Positions 1 to 13,469 of a stretch of DNA of 60,000 bases are shown one piece after another. The notes under the pieces are model-generated. The model was not told the origin of the DNA and did no database searches. It saw only the letters and a program-made list of their open reading frames with translations. This DNA is from Lama glama (lineage: Eukaryota): contig CM052817.1 in NCBI GenBank assembly GCA_028534125.1, forward strand, positions 77,998,001-78,058,000, read 5' to 3'. A program made the position numbers and the translations under genes. Numbering within the stretch: position 1 is the stretch's first letter; every line of letters starts with the position of its first letter.

Positions 1-400
1 TTGTGTGTTGTACACGTATGTCCAAATGTGGCCAATGAGTTTTAATTTTAGTTATGATATTATTAATTCTACATTTACTTTCTTTATTTTTTGGATTTTT
101 CTATAGTTTCTGGTTCTTCACAGATATTTTCATTTGTCACTCCTTTCTTTAAACACAATAAGTGTATTGGTTTTTAATATTAATTTATTTAATAATTCTA
201 ATATTTGATGTACTCAAATGTTTACTTCTGTTATTTTTTTCTTCAGGTGTCTCTCATATTGCCTTGTTTGTGAACTTTGTTTTCTTTGGCTGTTTCCTAG
301 TCATTGTCTACAAAAAATTATTTGACAGGTTCATCAAGTTCAAAGATAGATGTGACATTTTCCGTATAGAGTTTGCTTTTGCTTCTTCCAGTTTCCTAGA
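1..400 (-). mobile_element. Old L1/HAL1-like fragment (ORF1-region-like, antisense)
   Basis: T-rich tract 'ttttaattttagttatgatattattaattcta...ttttctatagtttctggttcttcacagatattttcatttg' resembles antisense old L1/HAL1 ORF1 sequence; boundaries approximate. Confidence 0.45.
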
Positions 401-3400
401 TATGCCAAGAATTAGGGCAAACCCAAGTCATTTATACAACTCCAGATTGTGTGATCCATCCAGAATTAATATACTTAGTGGAGAAATTCATGTCAGAGCA
501 ACATGTGGTCACAACTTTGCAGAGACTTTTTTCCCTTCTTTCTTTTTATTTCTTTTCCTTTATCACTTATGCTCAACTCCAAGAGAGCCTTATGTTCCAT
601 TTCTTGGTATTGGAGACATGAGTAGACTTTGGATCATATGTAGGTCTTTGGACTCTTAGGTTAATTTTGAGAAGGTTTTTCTTTTGTTTTGTTTTTTGTT
701 TTTTTAGTAATATTTCCCTAGCATGGTGCTAAGCATCTAAAAATACTTAATAAATATTAGAAAATATTATTATGCAGATAATCCTCAATGAACATTTATT
801 AAGTTTTCAGTTTTTCATAGTACTCTACCACGTTCTGCAAAGATAATGCTTTTGTCTTGAACATTTTGCAATACACTGACTATTTATTATGAACCTTAAG
901 TTGGCCCTATGCATAAGGCAAGGGGTTAGATGTTTGGATTCAAAGATGTATAGGGCTAAACCCTTAAACTTTCTATTTAGTGGGGGATTTACATTATTAC
1001 TGCAAAGCTGGTTAAGGCTTAGGAAGAACAACCAAAAGGCATCTAATAGTTATCCCAGGAATTGAATTTACCTTGTTCCAACTGCTGTTTTGCTGGTATG
1101 ATAAGGGAGAGCCTGCTCAGTTAATTTATTATTGGTAGGAAAGGACAAGAGAGCTCCTTGCAGGTATGCAGATTCTTAATTTTCCAATAAGATATGTCAC
1201 TTTGCTTCCTCAGTAAGGAGTGAAGGTGTGGAGAGGAGACAAGCTGTAATTCTTAAACCTTCTCCTTACTTAATATGCCCCCAGGACAGAAGGGAGAGAG
1301 GGAAGGATGCTTTCCTTCCAAACAGTACTGGCAATGATGTCAGCACCCAAACGTTGTAGAGTTCAAGTTGCACCAGATTACTCAGGGCCATAAAAATGTC
1401 ACGCTGCTGTATGTTTTATTTAGAAGAGACTGAGGAAAGACTACATGATTTTGAATGGAAAAGTGGCAGGGTGAAAGTGTACTCTAGAAAGCACCGCAAA
1501 CAGTGACTTAGATAACCAGGAGGACTTGAAAAATGTTGGCTACATAGGGTTCCCAGCTTTGATATTATTATTATGAGGTGGTGAGAGTCTGAATGTTGGT
1601 GTGGCACATTTGGGTTTATTTTAGTTTACTTTTATAAGGCTTTCAAGATATCTTTAACTTGCAGAGTGACCAAAGTATTCTCTAATTTATGTGATTTGGT
1701 TCACTAAGGAGGCTTACGTTCTAAGCAAAATGTAAATAGCTACCTTGTAAAAATGTATCATTTTTAAATAAGTACCTGTTAAAAGGCACACATAGTCATT
1801 TGTAAAAATAAACACCTCCTTCCACTTTTTTTTTCTTTTTGAGCTCTAGACTTTCAGCTAACATCTACAGACTATTAGAGTGTAGTCATAAGATTTTTTT
1901 AAACTCTCATGCTTTTAAAATTTTTAATGTCAAAAATTTGGAGCCAGACTTATTATGTCCTGGGAGAGACTTATTTCAAAAAATAAAATGGAGTTGTCAG
2001 AAAAAAAATTTACTAAACTACTAATCAATAAGTTTTAAAATATGAAATAAAATCTTGACTTTTATATGAGAGAGGAAAATCAACCTTAAATTACATTGAA
2101 AATGTTAAGCAGGTTGATGAGCTGTGTATATATGTTGGGTAAAGTCTTGAATACTGAAAGCTCTAAAACCAATAGAATATTCTTGATCATTTTTTTGTAA
2201 AAACTCAGCACATCTCTAGTGACGAGTGATTTAATTTTTACTGTTGGCAATTTAGTAATTATTAACTTCATAATTAATAAGTAGAAGTTGAATCACATGT
2301 GGGAGTCTAATTTTTATCATGTGAGGTTTTTTCTATGTTTTCAAAAATAATTGTCTAATTTTTCTCGTAGGATGAACAATTAATAGGTAATTTTCAACAT
2401 TGCTGTGCTCAAATCTTCTGAGATTATTTGATGTGAATAACTTCTTATAAACAAATTCTCTGGGGTGGAATTTGTCATCTTTTGCAGTTCTATGGAATGT
2501 CGTGTCCCAAAAGAGCAATGAGTTCGGGAATGGCAAAAATGAAGCCCAGACTTGCTTGGCTTGGACATTTTTGGGTGTTTACCCTGGGAGGTGACTTTAC
2601 CACTCCCTTTGGCTTTCAGTTGAAGGGCCAGTGTGAGCCTGGTGATTTTATCCTGCAAGAGCCTTGCCATTTTAGGACTAGCATTGAAAATGAGAAAAAG
2701 GCAATCTTCTTACGTTCTGTGTGTATTAAAGTAAGCAGTTAACAACAAAAAAGCAAGAAGCGAGTGGGAAATGTTGAGAGTGCCTTCTTCGTCACTTTGC
2801 TAGAAGATCTGAGATTTCTGGGTTTCTTTTAATTCAATCATATTAGGATCTTTAATGCAAGCACTTGAATTCTAAAACACAAGTTCTAGCCAGACTGCAG
2901 AGTTGCACTTCATTGAAACTTTATTGAAATCATTGGTGGTAAAGCCTTCCCCTGTGCTCACTTTTTAAAAGATAGGCTTGGTAGATCAATGGATTAGATG
3001 TACCCCTGCCAGAAATGTGCATAATGAGGAGACAAGTAGTGGAGTCAGCTAAAAGCATAATCATTAAGTACTGAGGTCACAGCTGGATCATTGTTGATCC
3101 TGTTTTCTCTCTCCAGATGTTTTCAAGGCTTCAAGCTATGTTTCAGTGTAATAGAAAGAGCTTATAAATTGAAGAACTTCTTGTTTTTTAGTTGTTTCTA
3201 GGAGTTCTACTCCATTATTGAAGCAGAATACAGCAATTTGAAGGGCATTTTTACTTAGCCAATTTAATCTGCATTTGGCTAGAACACACTTCGAGTTCTT
3301 GAGATAGGGGCCAATTGTTATGCAAATTTAGATCACTGCCTTATTATAGTTGATGTGCGAAAAAGGAGATAGCAGCTGTTTAGATGAAGTGAGAATTTAA

Positions 3401-4123
3401 CTGGATTTGAACCCTGTTGAAGGCCAGACAAGTTTAGGCAAAAGCCCGCTAATAAACCATCTTTCTATGATATTAAAACTTGTGAATGCATTCATGTCTT
3501 CTTGCAGAAACTGAAGTCCTAACAAAGTTCATATTATAGCTCCAAATTGGGCTGGTTGACAGTAATTCAAAATAAGTAAACAAAATTTCTTAATTAAGTT
3601 ATAAAATGCAGGAGACATAACCTGAAATAGTTTATTAATTACCATAACAGCAGAGGCAAGGGTAATTAGTATAAAGACAATACCATGTATCCTATTAAAT
3701 AGATTATTTCTGTATTTTTTTCATTTGAGATTTTCAGAGATGTTTACATTCAAAGAGTCAGAATAGTCTCCATATTTTCTTTCCAAAGCTTCTTTGAAGA
3801 GTTCAACATAAAGTTGTGTGTTACTTTTCAATAATGTAGCAAAGATGGGAGCAAAAAATAAATTACAGAAAGTGGGTATTTAAATGGCTCCACTGAGAAG
3901 AACTGGAAAACTTTTCAAATATTTGCCTGAGGTCACACCATACCTGATTAAGTCAATGCTTTGTGTGTATAGCTTTGAGTTCTTATGCCATTAGGAAACC
4001 TTTGAAATTGCATTCATAAAAATGGGAAATTTTAGATTTGGTGATTTCAGTACAATTTAACAGAACTTGTTGGAAACCATGTCAGCTACTAGCTTGAGGT
4101 AATACCAAATTTCAACAGTAGTT

Positions 4124-4666
4124 CGTTATCTCAAAGGGGGAAGGGATAAGACCCCAATTCTTGTCATACCCAAAATATAAGAATTCAGATGGGAGATGAA
4201 AACATTATATAGCAAAAGATTTTAAAGGTTTTATTTAGCGAAGGGAAGGTACACCTATAAGAATATGAGGCGGGCTGATCCAATGGAGGATAGCAATGGT
4301 CTTTGTCTGCGCCCTTTTCTTATACCCTCCCTTAGAGTTGGTCTCTTGATTGATTGGAATGCTTAGTCATGCCCAGCCCCTTTTGCGCATGTCCTTACCC
4401 ATGACACACACAGAAAAACCCATGGGGGGAGGGCGTAGACCACAATGCTAATTATGTTACAGTGAGCATTGTGTCATGTCTGATTAGGTGCTTGTCGCTA
4501 CCAAGCAGTTGCGGCTGTCAGGTTTTCACTAGTTTTCTTGCTAACACTCATTTAGTGGAAGTAAAGCCCCTTTATGCTGAAGGCGGGCACACCACCATCT
4601 TCTGTACCATCCTCTATCTCCTCTATCTTATCTGCCTGATGCCCCCATGTATCTAAGTAACTAACA
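4124..4666 (-). mobile_element. Solo ERV LTR, relatively young (CpG-retaining)
   Basis: About 543 bp block with LTR-like ends (cgtta...taaca). On the minus strand it has a GC box (~4424-4435), CCAAT (gattgattgg ~4349-4358), TATA (ttata ~4320) and AATAAA (tttatt ~4230) in promoter-to-polyA order. No PBS or PPT in the flanks; TSD not clean. Confidence 0.75.
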
Positions 4667-4695
4667 GTTTGAACCACATTTCTTTAGATAACATT

Positions 4696-5195
4696 NNNNN
4701 NNNNNNNNNNNNNNNNNNNNNNNNNNNNNNNNNNNNNNNNNNNNNNNNNNNNNNNNNNNNNNNNNNNNNNNNNNNNNNNNNNNNNNNNNNNNNNNNNNNN
4801 NNNNNNNNNNNNNNNNNNNNNNNNNNNNNNNNNNNNNNNNNNNNNNNNNNNNNNNNNNNNNNNNNNNNNNNNNNNNNNNNNNNNNNNNNNNNNNNNNNNN
4901 NNNNNNNNNNNNNNNNNNNNNNNNNNNNNNNNNNNNNNNNNNNNNNNNNNNNNNNNNNNNNNNNNNNNNNNNNNNNNNNNNNNNNNNNNNNNNNNNNNNN
5001 NNNNNNNNNNNNNNNNNNNNNNNNNNNNNNNNNNNNNNNNNNNNNNNNNNNNNNNNNNNNNNNNNNNNNNNNNNNNNNNNNNNNNNNNNNNNNNNNNNNN
5101 NNNNNNNNNNNNNNNNNNNNNNNNNNNNNNNNNNNNNNNNNNNNNNNNNNNNNNNNNNNNNNNNNNNNNNNNNNNNNNNNNNNNNNNNNNNNNNN
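4696..5195. other. Assembly gap (500 N)
   Basis: Run of exactly 500 N. Confidence 1.
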
Positions 5196-5384
5196 TGAGA
5201 ACATGGAGCACCAGACCTTTGTTTCTATATATCATACTCCACTAAAAAACCCAGGACTTGTTGCATAATTGATTGGTTCAAAGCTGGGACAGAGGGCTTG
5301 TTCTCTCCAAAACTCTCAAGGTCATGAAAGACAGGGAAGGATAAAGGAACTGTTTCAAATTGAAGTGAGAAATCCTGGACCAGA

Positions 5385-5580
5385 ATGTGTTAAAAAAAAA
5401 TAAAAGATACATATTTGGGGAACAACTGGGAAAAATCTAATGAGATAATTACATATCTTTATATATGATTGATAGTGTGAGTATGGTGAGATAATAATTG
5501 TTGGGGAACTTAGGTGAAAGAAATACAAAAGTTTTTCGTACTCTTCTTGCAACTTTTCTGTAAATTTGAAATTAAATAAG
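5385..5580 (+). mobile_element. L1 3' end fragment (L1MC/L1ME-like)
   Basis: 'gtactcttcttgcaacttttctgtaaatttgaaatt' is the characteristic L1MC/ME 3' terminus. Confidence 0.75.
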
Positions 5581-5689
5581 TTCTAGAAACTTGTCAACTT
5601 AAAATGGAATAGTAATATCAATAATAATGTTATTATTTGGTAGCCTGAATGAAAAATATATTTAGAGTTCTATATGGTAAAGCACTGGA

Positions 5690-5995
5690 CAGACTTAAGT
5701 GAAGGCCTTCGGGACTGAAGGAAACTTGTGAGCTCTGAAGTGAGGATAGGATTCTGATAACAAGCAGAGTAGGGAGAAAAGAAGGGCATTCCAGGTCAGA
5801 GAAATGGTAAGAACAAAGGATTTGGGATGAAAATGAGCACGGTGTGCTTGACTAATAATAATAAATAGACACAGTTGGCTGGATGGAGGAAAAGTGTGGA
5901 GAAATAGTGGGAGATGGATGGAAATTATGGAAGGAGTACCGAGTATGGACGGGACATCAGTATAAGGCAGAGCAAATTAGGGTTTGATTTTAGTT
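5690..5995 (-). mobile_element. L2 fragment
   Basis: Purine-rich 'gaagggcattccaggtcagagaaatggtaagaacaaagg...gagcacggtgtgcttg' matches antisense L2 3' region. Confidence 0.75.
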
Positions 5996-6639
5996 TCGAA
6001 AGAATTTACAGACAAAAATATCAAGCAAAGAAGAAAATAAAATGTTGATTTTGTTTTTTACTGTTTTTTTTTAAGAACTTTACCTAAGAAAATGTATCAA
6101 GAGCTCAAATGTTATCATTGGCTTAACGTTACTCTAAGAAAACCTCATTGTTTGGGGGGACCTACATTCATTCACTCGGCAATATGTATTACCTACTTAC
6201 TATAGTTCCTTGAACACTTCCAAACACTCTCTCAGGTAAGATCTTTGCACTGCTCTTCTCTTTGCAAGAAGCCTCCTTCCTCTAGATGATCATTTTATTT
6301 TATTTATTTTAATTTTAAAGAAAAAGTCTTGGATTTGAATTTTCGAACCCTTGTCTAAGAATACTTAACTTTTTTCATAATACAAAGTTTTTTTTGCCAA
6401 TATTACTTGAAGATGATCCTCAAAAAATGGCAAAGGCTTTGTCTTGTGTTTTATTTAAAAAGTGTTTATTACCTATCCCTTCCCTTCCGCACCACCCCTC
6501 CTCAAAAGCAGAAACTTCCCCTGGATGAGGGGTGAAGTCTGATACGACAGATCTTGGCTGATGTCTGAGCAATAGAAAACCATTTACTCATGGGAAATTC
6601 ATTTATGAAAATTGTTTTTACCTATAAATTTTTCCATTT

Positions 6640-7145
6640 TTATTGGCTTATAATTTTGCATATAATTATTTCAAGAACATAGAGTCTTAGATATGTTATG
6701 AAGTAACAACTCAGACTTTGATTTTTTATTTTTGTTGTTACAAATAGCTAAAACTTGTTTTGGTAGATTAACTATACCTTTTATCATTGATTTGTAAAGC
6801 CATTGTCATCTCCTAATACATTATTATATACACCATTTTTTTCTGGATGATTCTTTTCCACTGGTCTATCTCACACATCTTATATCACTAACACAATATG
6901 TGCTGATAAAGCTTTATAATGCATTTTCATTTCTAAGCACATAAATTTCTTTCATTATTGTTCTTTTTTGTAGATATTCTCAACTCATTTGTTTACCCAA
7001 AAGAACTTTGGAATCAATCTCTCAAGTACCAGTAAAAAAAAAAAAAAAGAGAGAGATTTTAATGGAAATTGCATTTTGTTATAAATTAACATAGAAAAAA
7101 CGAAAATAAAATCTGTATTTTTTATGTCATTTTACCATGCAGGAA
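6640..7145 (-). mobile_element. Old L1 ORF2 fragment (antisense)
   Basis: 'gaactttggaatcaatctctcaagtacc...gattttaatggaaattgcattttgttataaattaa' resembles the antisense L1 ORF2 3' portion. Confidence 0.7.
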
Positions 7146-7159
7146 TTCCAAAGGAAAGC

Positions 7160-7520
7160 ACTTACATGAAGTCTGGAAGAGGGGTCAGGTGGATGCTTTC
7201 TTTCTGTGATGGTGATGGTTGATGGACAGGTTCTGGCAGACACAAGGTTTTCTGAGGCGAGACTGCACATGCCACTCTCTGGTGGGATGGGCAGCAGTGA
7301 TAACAACACTACTTTCCAGCTATTTCCTGACTTCAGAATAACAGTAACAGTTTTGTTTTTTGGATAGTAGTTTGCATGGCATGGTCTTGTAGTCTGATGA
7401 TAATCTCATGACTTCCACTCTTCCATTAATTCTAGTAAAATTGTAAGTACCCAGTTCCCCTTTTCGTGTGAAATACTTAAACTCATTTCTCTTTCCTGCT
7501 TTGAAACCTAGTCCCATAAT
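7160..7520 (+). mobile_element. Ancient ERVL-class LTR (LTR16/LTR33/LTR40-like), 3' part
   Basis: Ends with 'ttcccc...gaaatacttaaactcatttctctttcctg...aaacctag', similar to the ERVL LTR U5 end; subfamily uncertain. Confidence 0.5.
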
Positions 7521-8330
7521 CAGATTTACAAAGTTTTGAATATGGATTATTATCTCACCGGATCGGGCTTAAAGGCAACAATAACCTCATTGCCAGTGGA
7601 AAATGAGATATTGGTGGTCAACTAAATAAGTAGAAAACTTATCTATTAAGGGATTACTTGAAGTTGTCTGGAAGACAGGGGCTGTTTAAGGCTTGCCTTT
7701 GACACATTATATACCTGCTGTCATAAACCATTGTGATGGGACTAAGGAATATCTACCTTTGTGGATGAGTGGATGATTCCAGAAGTAATGAGGAACTTAA
7801 AGAGAAAAAATGTTCTAAATTTTTAGTTTTGATCTTATGGCGTGGTATGAGGAGACGAGATCTTCTGTGACTTTTCTAAGAATCTCTTCTCTTGTAAGCT
7901 CAGAGTTGATGTAGCTAAAAACAAGACAGAGTCTGGTCTTGCAGTTTGCCTGTTACTAACAAGCGTTGAATTCATAGCTTCATCAGCTCTCTGTGGAAGT
8001 CCCTATATCATCTGTCCTAACTGTTCACTTTCAGTCCTTGCTGTCACATTATAGAAATTTTGATTGCAGAATGGATGGATGTAGAAAGAAACAGACTCCA
8101 GGAGATGTTAGACATATTGTTACATTGGGTGATTGTAGAAAGGAGTATACTCGGGAATTGTTAGAGGTACCGTTATGTGGCTTTGGAAACTTCAGAAAGC
8201 ACATACCCCTACAGAATGTGGAAAGGGACAGTGGTAGAGACTGCCTTAAAGCTTGCTAGGACTGAGCCTTGGGTGTCTTAGTTGAGGGTGTTCCCTGAGG
8301 GATGAGTGACAAGTTCTGTTTCCAAACCCC
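7521..8330 (+). mobile_element. ERVL internal (5'/gag-like) remnant next to the LTR
   Basis: 'ggcttaaaggcaacaataacctcattgccagtggaaaatgagatattggtggtca' resembles the start of ERVL/ERV3-16A3-type internal sequence; no ORF; right boundary uncertain. Confidence 0.45.
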
Positions 8331-8529
8331 ACCCATGATAAGATAAAATCCATATCACAATAAAGAAGATTTTAGATTGTTAAATTCGGTTTCTCTTAAC
8401 AGTTAGAACTTTGAATCTCTATGCTTTCATGAATGTTTCCTTGCAAAGGTAGAAAAATTATATATTAACTATACACACATATACATGTCATATATTTAAA
8501 AAAAGCAAAGGTCAAATTTTAATTCTAGT

Positions 8530-8740
8530 TTTAGATAATTTGCACCCTAGTTCTGCTGGTTCTTCCTTTAACTATTTTTGAAATGCTGGGAAGTTCTCTT
8601 AACCTCTTTGAATCTCTTGGAATCATCAATAAAATGGGATGAATAGTACATAAGGTGTTTCAGAAGGTTGTTGTGAGGCTTAAATAAGAGGATGCACTTG
8701 AATTTTGTGCTTTATAAATTGGAGAATGCTGTAGAGATGT
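8530..8740 (+). mobile_element. MIR (MIRc/MIR3-like) SINE
   Basis: Core 'gggaagttctcttaacctctttgaatctc...catcaataaaatgggatgaatagtac...gttgttgtgaggcttaaataaga'. Confidence 0.8.
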
Positions 8741-11417
8741 TTCTTTTTCATCCTTCTTGGATTCCCACATCAAAAATTTCTTGAGGGAGGGATTGTGGCT
8801 TATTCATTTTTAAGTCCTCCCCAATATCAAACATTGTGTATTGCATGTTAACAGTTACTTATTTGTTGTTAAGACAAATTTGCATTGAAAACGAAATAGT
8901 AAAGCACAATATAGGATTTTCGTGAACTGGGAACAGCTCTCCACTCACTGACTCCCTCTCTATTTACTGTGTTTTGCAGAAATTAAGTAATTGAAGAGAC
9001 TTTAGTGATTCCAAGGCAGTAACTCTTTATGCTGAAACCTAAAGTTAGCCTTTGAGGCTGCTGCTGTTTTACACATCCTCAGTAATTAATTCTACCCCTC
9101 CCTTGAATTCCCACCTGGCAATATCATGCCTCTCAACATCAGCCAGGCATTACCAACATCTCTGCCACCTTCCTAAAAGTGTATCTTTGCCCAATCACAA
9201 AACTGTGGAACAAATGCAAGGCATCTGTAGTAGGCCCAGTGTTTCCCATAGACCTTCTTTTCAGGATGTGTCCAGGTACTGCAGGAAACAAAAGGGAAAG
9301 TAAAACTTTTGGGGAGTTGAATATGAACTATTAATGACAATATTCCACTTGAAAATGGGGAGCCAGACTCACAAGTATATATCATATTGTACTGGAAGAG
9401 GACATCTTGTTCTCTGATTCTATTTTGTTCACCTTCCAAAAGCATTATATTTTTTATCTGATTTGATTAGAAAGTGTGCAACTCACTTCAGTGAAATGAT
9501 TTTGACAATTAAAGAGCTCTAGAAAGCAAGCTGTTATCAGGTAGTATGCATTATTTAACCTTGGGTGGTACATGAACCTAGATGCCACAAGTTTTAAGAA
9601 TCCAGCTTCAGTAATTCCAGACAATTTGCTGATTTAGTGAATTAATTCATTTTGGCAAGTTTGCAACTCATTTGCAAAATGCATTAGTTTCTTTGGTATT
9701 TTTACAAAATAGGGTTGAATTTTATAGTCATAAAGTATGAGCCTATAGAAGGAGTCTGTTTCCGATTCTTTCTCACTAGTGGGATATCAGAAAGCTGTTA
9801 CTAAGATATCACGGCAACATACAGGAAACAGTTATCCTGTATTTAGGTAGAAGGTGAACAAGGAATTGCTTTGGTGAGTTCAGATGATTTCTAAGTTGTC
9901 TTCTTTGGTCTGGCTTATTTAAAGATACCCTGGGTGTAGAAAAGCTGTTTGGATTTGGTGAGTGCAAGAGTGTGAGGATGTGATTGTGTGTGCATGTTTG
10001 TGTAGTGGGGAAGCTGGAGATGAAAGTCAGAGTCCCAATGCAAAACTGTTGATGTCACAAAAGGTTATGAAAAACTAATCTGTTTTGATATTAGTGAATG
10101 TGCACTGTATACACAGGTCTGCTTTCTCAGGTTGCTACAGGCCATTTAGACTTTTCTGATTTAGTTGTTTCTTAAGTGATCCTCCACTTTTCGTCCACTG
10201 TGGGAAATTGTAATTTATTAGTTACTGTTGTACTTCTTGAGCTCATCTACATAAGAAATGCGTATTTCATTTCATAAGAGATTGCAGCTTAAGTATATCA
10301 AGAATATTCTTCCTCCTTCTTAACGTGTTCATGTCTATGTCTGTTACTTGCATGAAGTAGTGACTCAAACATTTTTCAAAAATTAAAATTTTTGGATTTC
10401 TCTTAAAGTTCTCTTATTTTAGGGGTAAAGGGCAATCCAGTTTCAATAAGGACCAAACTAGAACTAGTAAAAATTGGTCAGAACTGTCAGATAATTTCTT
10501 AAATAAATTTATCATCAATCCTGAGATAATTCTGAATCCCAAATTTCACTCAAAGAAAAAAATTACAATGTGGAATTGTTCTTGTATTTGGAAGGAAAGA
10601 GGAGAAATCCTTTGACCTATTTAGGGACCTGAAGTCTGTAAAATTTACCGAAGAATTTTACATAGAAGGTAAATCTTTCCATAGCATTTAGTTATATGCA
10701 CAATAAATTATACCCGCCACTAGCATCTATAATCAATCTTTTCTCTCTCCTTTTAAAACATTCTATTTATTTCTTTTTTTAAAAACAATAGTGATCATGG
10801 TTTCTGAGTCATAGCCAAAAGTAGAACAAAATATTTGAAATCTGAAAGTTTTAAATTTTTTACTCCACATGTTACTTTAGTCTTGTACAACTACCACTAC
10901 ATAGAACTGAAAGAAGCATGTAAAATTTGCAAGCATAGTTACATCTAAAAATATTTTAGCTTACTGTATTTCCCCTAAAAACACTGTAATGTTTTTGAAT
11001 CTTTATAAAAAGGACTCAGTCAAAAACATTTTGTATCTTTATTTCAGTCAATGATATTCAGCCATACAAATACAAGTTTAATGTTAAGACAGGTTGTTTT
11101 ATATATTTGAATGGATGTAATACACAAGAAAATGAAAAATGAATACTGGCTCTGAGCATTCTCACTGTTATACATTTCTTCCACTACATTCTGCTTTTTA
11201 TATAAGTAAGATGTTTGTTCGTAGTAATAAGTATGATATAATGTCAAGTACTCAACAATTCACATTCTATACAAATATATAAAAAACCACCTGCCTCTAC
11301 AGATAAGATTGGCTTTGGAAAATGAGTCTTAGATGTGTGTTAGAATAAAAAAGCTCAGTAATTAGAGTAAGTAGACTAGACACTCCTACTTTTGAAGGAT
11401 TATCTTAAGTTACTTGA

Positions 11418-11933
11418 CGTGATGGTGAATTCTATTTGTCAACTAGACTGTACCAGCGTGTACCCAGATTGCACATTATTTCCAGTATGTCTGTTAGACT
11501 AGTTTTGGATAAGATTAGTATTAGAATAAGTGGACTTAGTAGATTGCACCCCCTCCAATGTGAGTGGGCATCATTCAATCCGTTGAGGGCCTGACTAGAA
11601 CAAAAGGTGGAAAAAGGAGAAATTTCACCCTTTTTTTTCCCTGCCTGCCTGCTTGATGGGATTTAAGTCTTGAGGCTCCTGCCTTTGGACTGAGATTTAC
11701 ACCATCAGCTCCCCTGGTTCTCAGGCTTTTGGACTTGGACTGGAATGACACCACTGGGTTTCCTGTATCTGTAGCTTGAAGACAGCAAGTCATGGGACTT
11801 TTCTGCTTTCATAATTTCATAAACCAAGTCCTCATAATAAAGCTCCATATATAAATTTACATAGATAGATACAGATGTAAAGATATAGATAGATTCTCCT
11901 ATTGATTCTGTTTCTCTGAAGAACCCTAACATA
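11418..11933 (+). mobile_element. Solo MLT2-family (ERVL) LTR with 5-bp TSD
   Basis: Begins 'cgtgatggtgaattctatttgtcaactagact', contains 'gggcatcattcaatccgttgagggcctga', ends 'tcctattgattctgtttctctgaagaaccctaacata'; flanked by cttga (11413-11417 and 11934-11938). Confidence 0.92.
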
Positions 11934-13469
11934 CTTGATCTTCTGCGTGACTAAAAATTGTGTGTACTTGCTTGCAGTTAGTTATTTAAAGCCATGAATG
12001 TGCATGAAAGCAACCTTTGGGATGGGGAAAGAAATACTATTTTCAATCTACTTTATACTGAATCATGGAAGGTGAGATTCGTAGGACATTCTCCAGGTCC
12101 AGAGTACTGGGTGTCTTCCTGCTCACTGGCAACAAGGAATTTGTAATGGGTGGCCAGTGGTCAACAGTGAACTAAGAAGTAACAAGGGACATGGCAAAGA
12201 TAGTTGGTTGGCATACAAGAGATTGAATGAAAAAATATTACTTGTGTAAACTCAGGAAGCATTACAAATTTTAGCAGCTAAGGAACACTGACACCTCAGA
12301 GATGGGCAAGCTTGGTGACTATAAAGATAATTTTAGTTATTTATTTATTTATTACGATGTTTATGTATGTAATTTTTATCTATTATGGGAACATTGGGTC
12401 TCTACCTTTGTGCACAACTTCATACTTAAAAATAGCAGAAAATATCAGTAATAAAAACCTATGATACAAGTGGAACATTCCAACCACAAGGAAGGTAAAA
12501 AGGAAGGAGGTTAAGAACACTCTTTTTATTCTGCTTCAAATACCTCAAGGTCCCAGAGATTCCAGAGTGCACCTGCTTTGTTTACTAAAATATAAACATA
12601 AAGGTATGAGGTGATGTGGGGTAAAGGTACTGGTGAGAGAATCTCCTGGACCTATTTTCGACAGTCAGAACAAGTCCTACAAAGTAAAGCCAAAAGGAGA
12701 ACAGAAAGGGCACCTTAACCTATTCCAAGAAAACCCAAACCCAACAAAACATAAAACCCAAGCAATTCCATTTGGACTTATTCGTGAGGAGCATTTCAGT
12801 ACCACTGTCCAGCTTTCTGACTGGATCGTTGGCTTGATGAGTGGAGCTCTGGGCATTAGCTCTGCATGTGTACATAGGATGCTGCCACTGCTGTCACTGT
12901 GAGGGCACAGGTGGCAGCACCAGTGGGGACTCTTCAAACCGACAGAGAAGATTTAGATTGTTGTGGTTGTTTGTGGCTGACAAAAGGTTTCTGATAGACT
13001 GAATCAAATTAACTTATTAATTCAGAAAACTATCAAGATTTGCCATCTCTCCTCTCTTGTGTCTATTTACTCTTCTCCAAAGTCAAAGGAACAATTTTAA
13101 AATGTCAGCAATAATAAAACTAATTCTGCTCCGTTGTAAAGGATCAGAGCTCACAAGGCAGGAGCAATTCCCCACTGTTAGAAGCTGAACTTGTCACTGT
13201 CCTCACTGCCCTGGACCCTCCGTGGCTTCTGTGAGCAGGTCTTTGTTGGACAGCACCCCTGGGCTGAGCTCGCCTGAGGCAGCTGCTGCTTTCCCTTCAC
13301 CCTGATCCTCAAGCGTGCTGCTCTCGTGTGAGCACTAGATTGGTGTTCTGTTCATGGTACCTCTGTTGTTGTACCTTAAGATCACCCAATTTAAGTAGAA
13401 AAAAGAAAAAATAATAAAGTAATTTTGAGTACACGTTCAAGTGCAAAACCAGCAAATTGTTACCGCTAG

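Noticed and set aside
162..659. 165-aa hydrophobic ORF
   Set aside because: GTG start, T-rich antisense LINE-like sequence, no recognisable domain
3990..4062. Possible MADE2-like mariner MITE
   Set aside because: Too diverged; inverted termini not convincing
4653..5268. Long ORFs of 183-199 aa
   Set aside because: Read-through across the N gap
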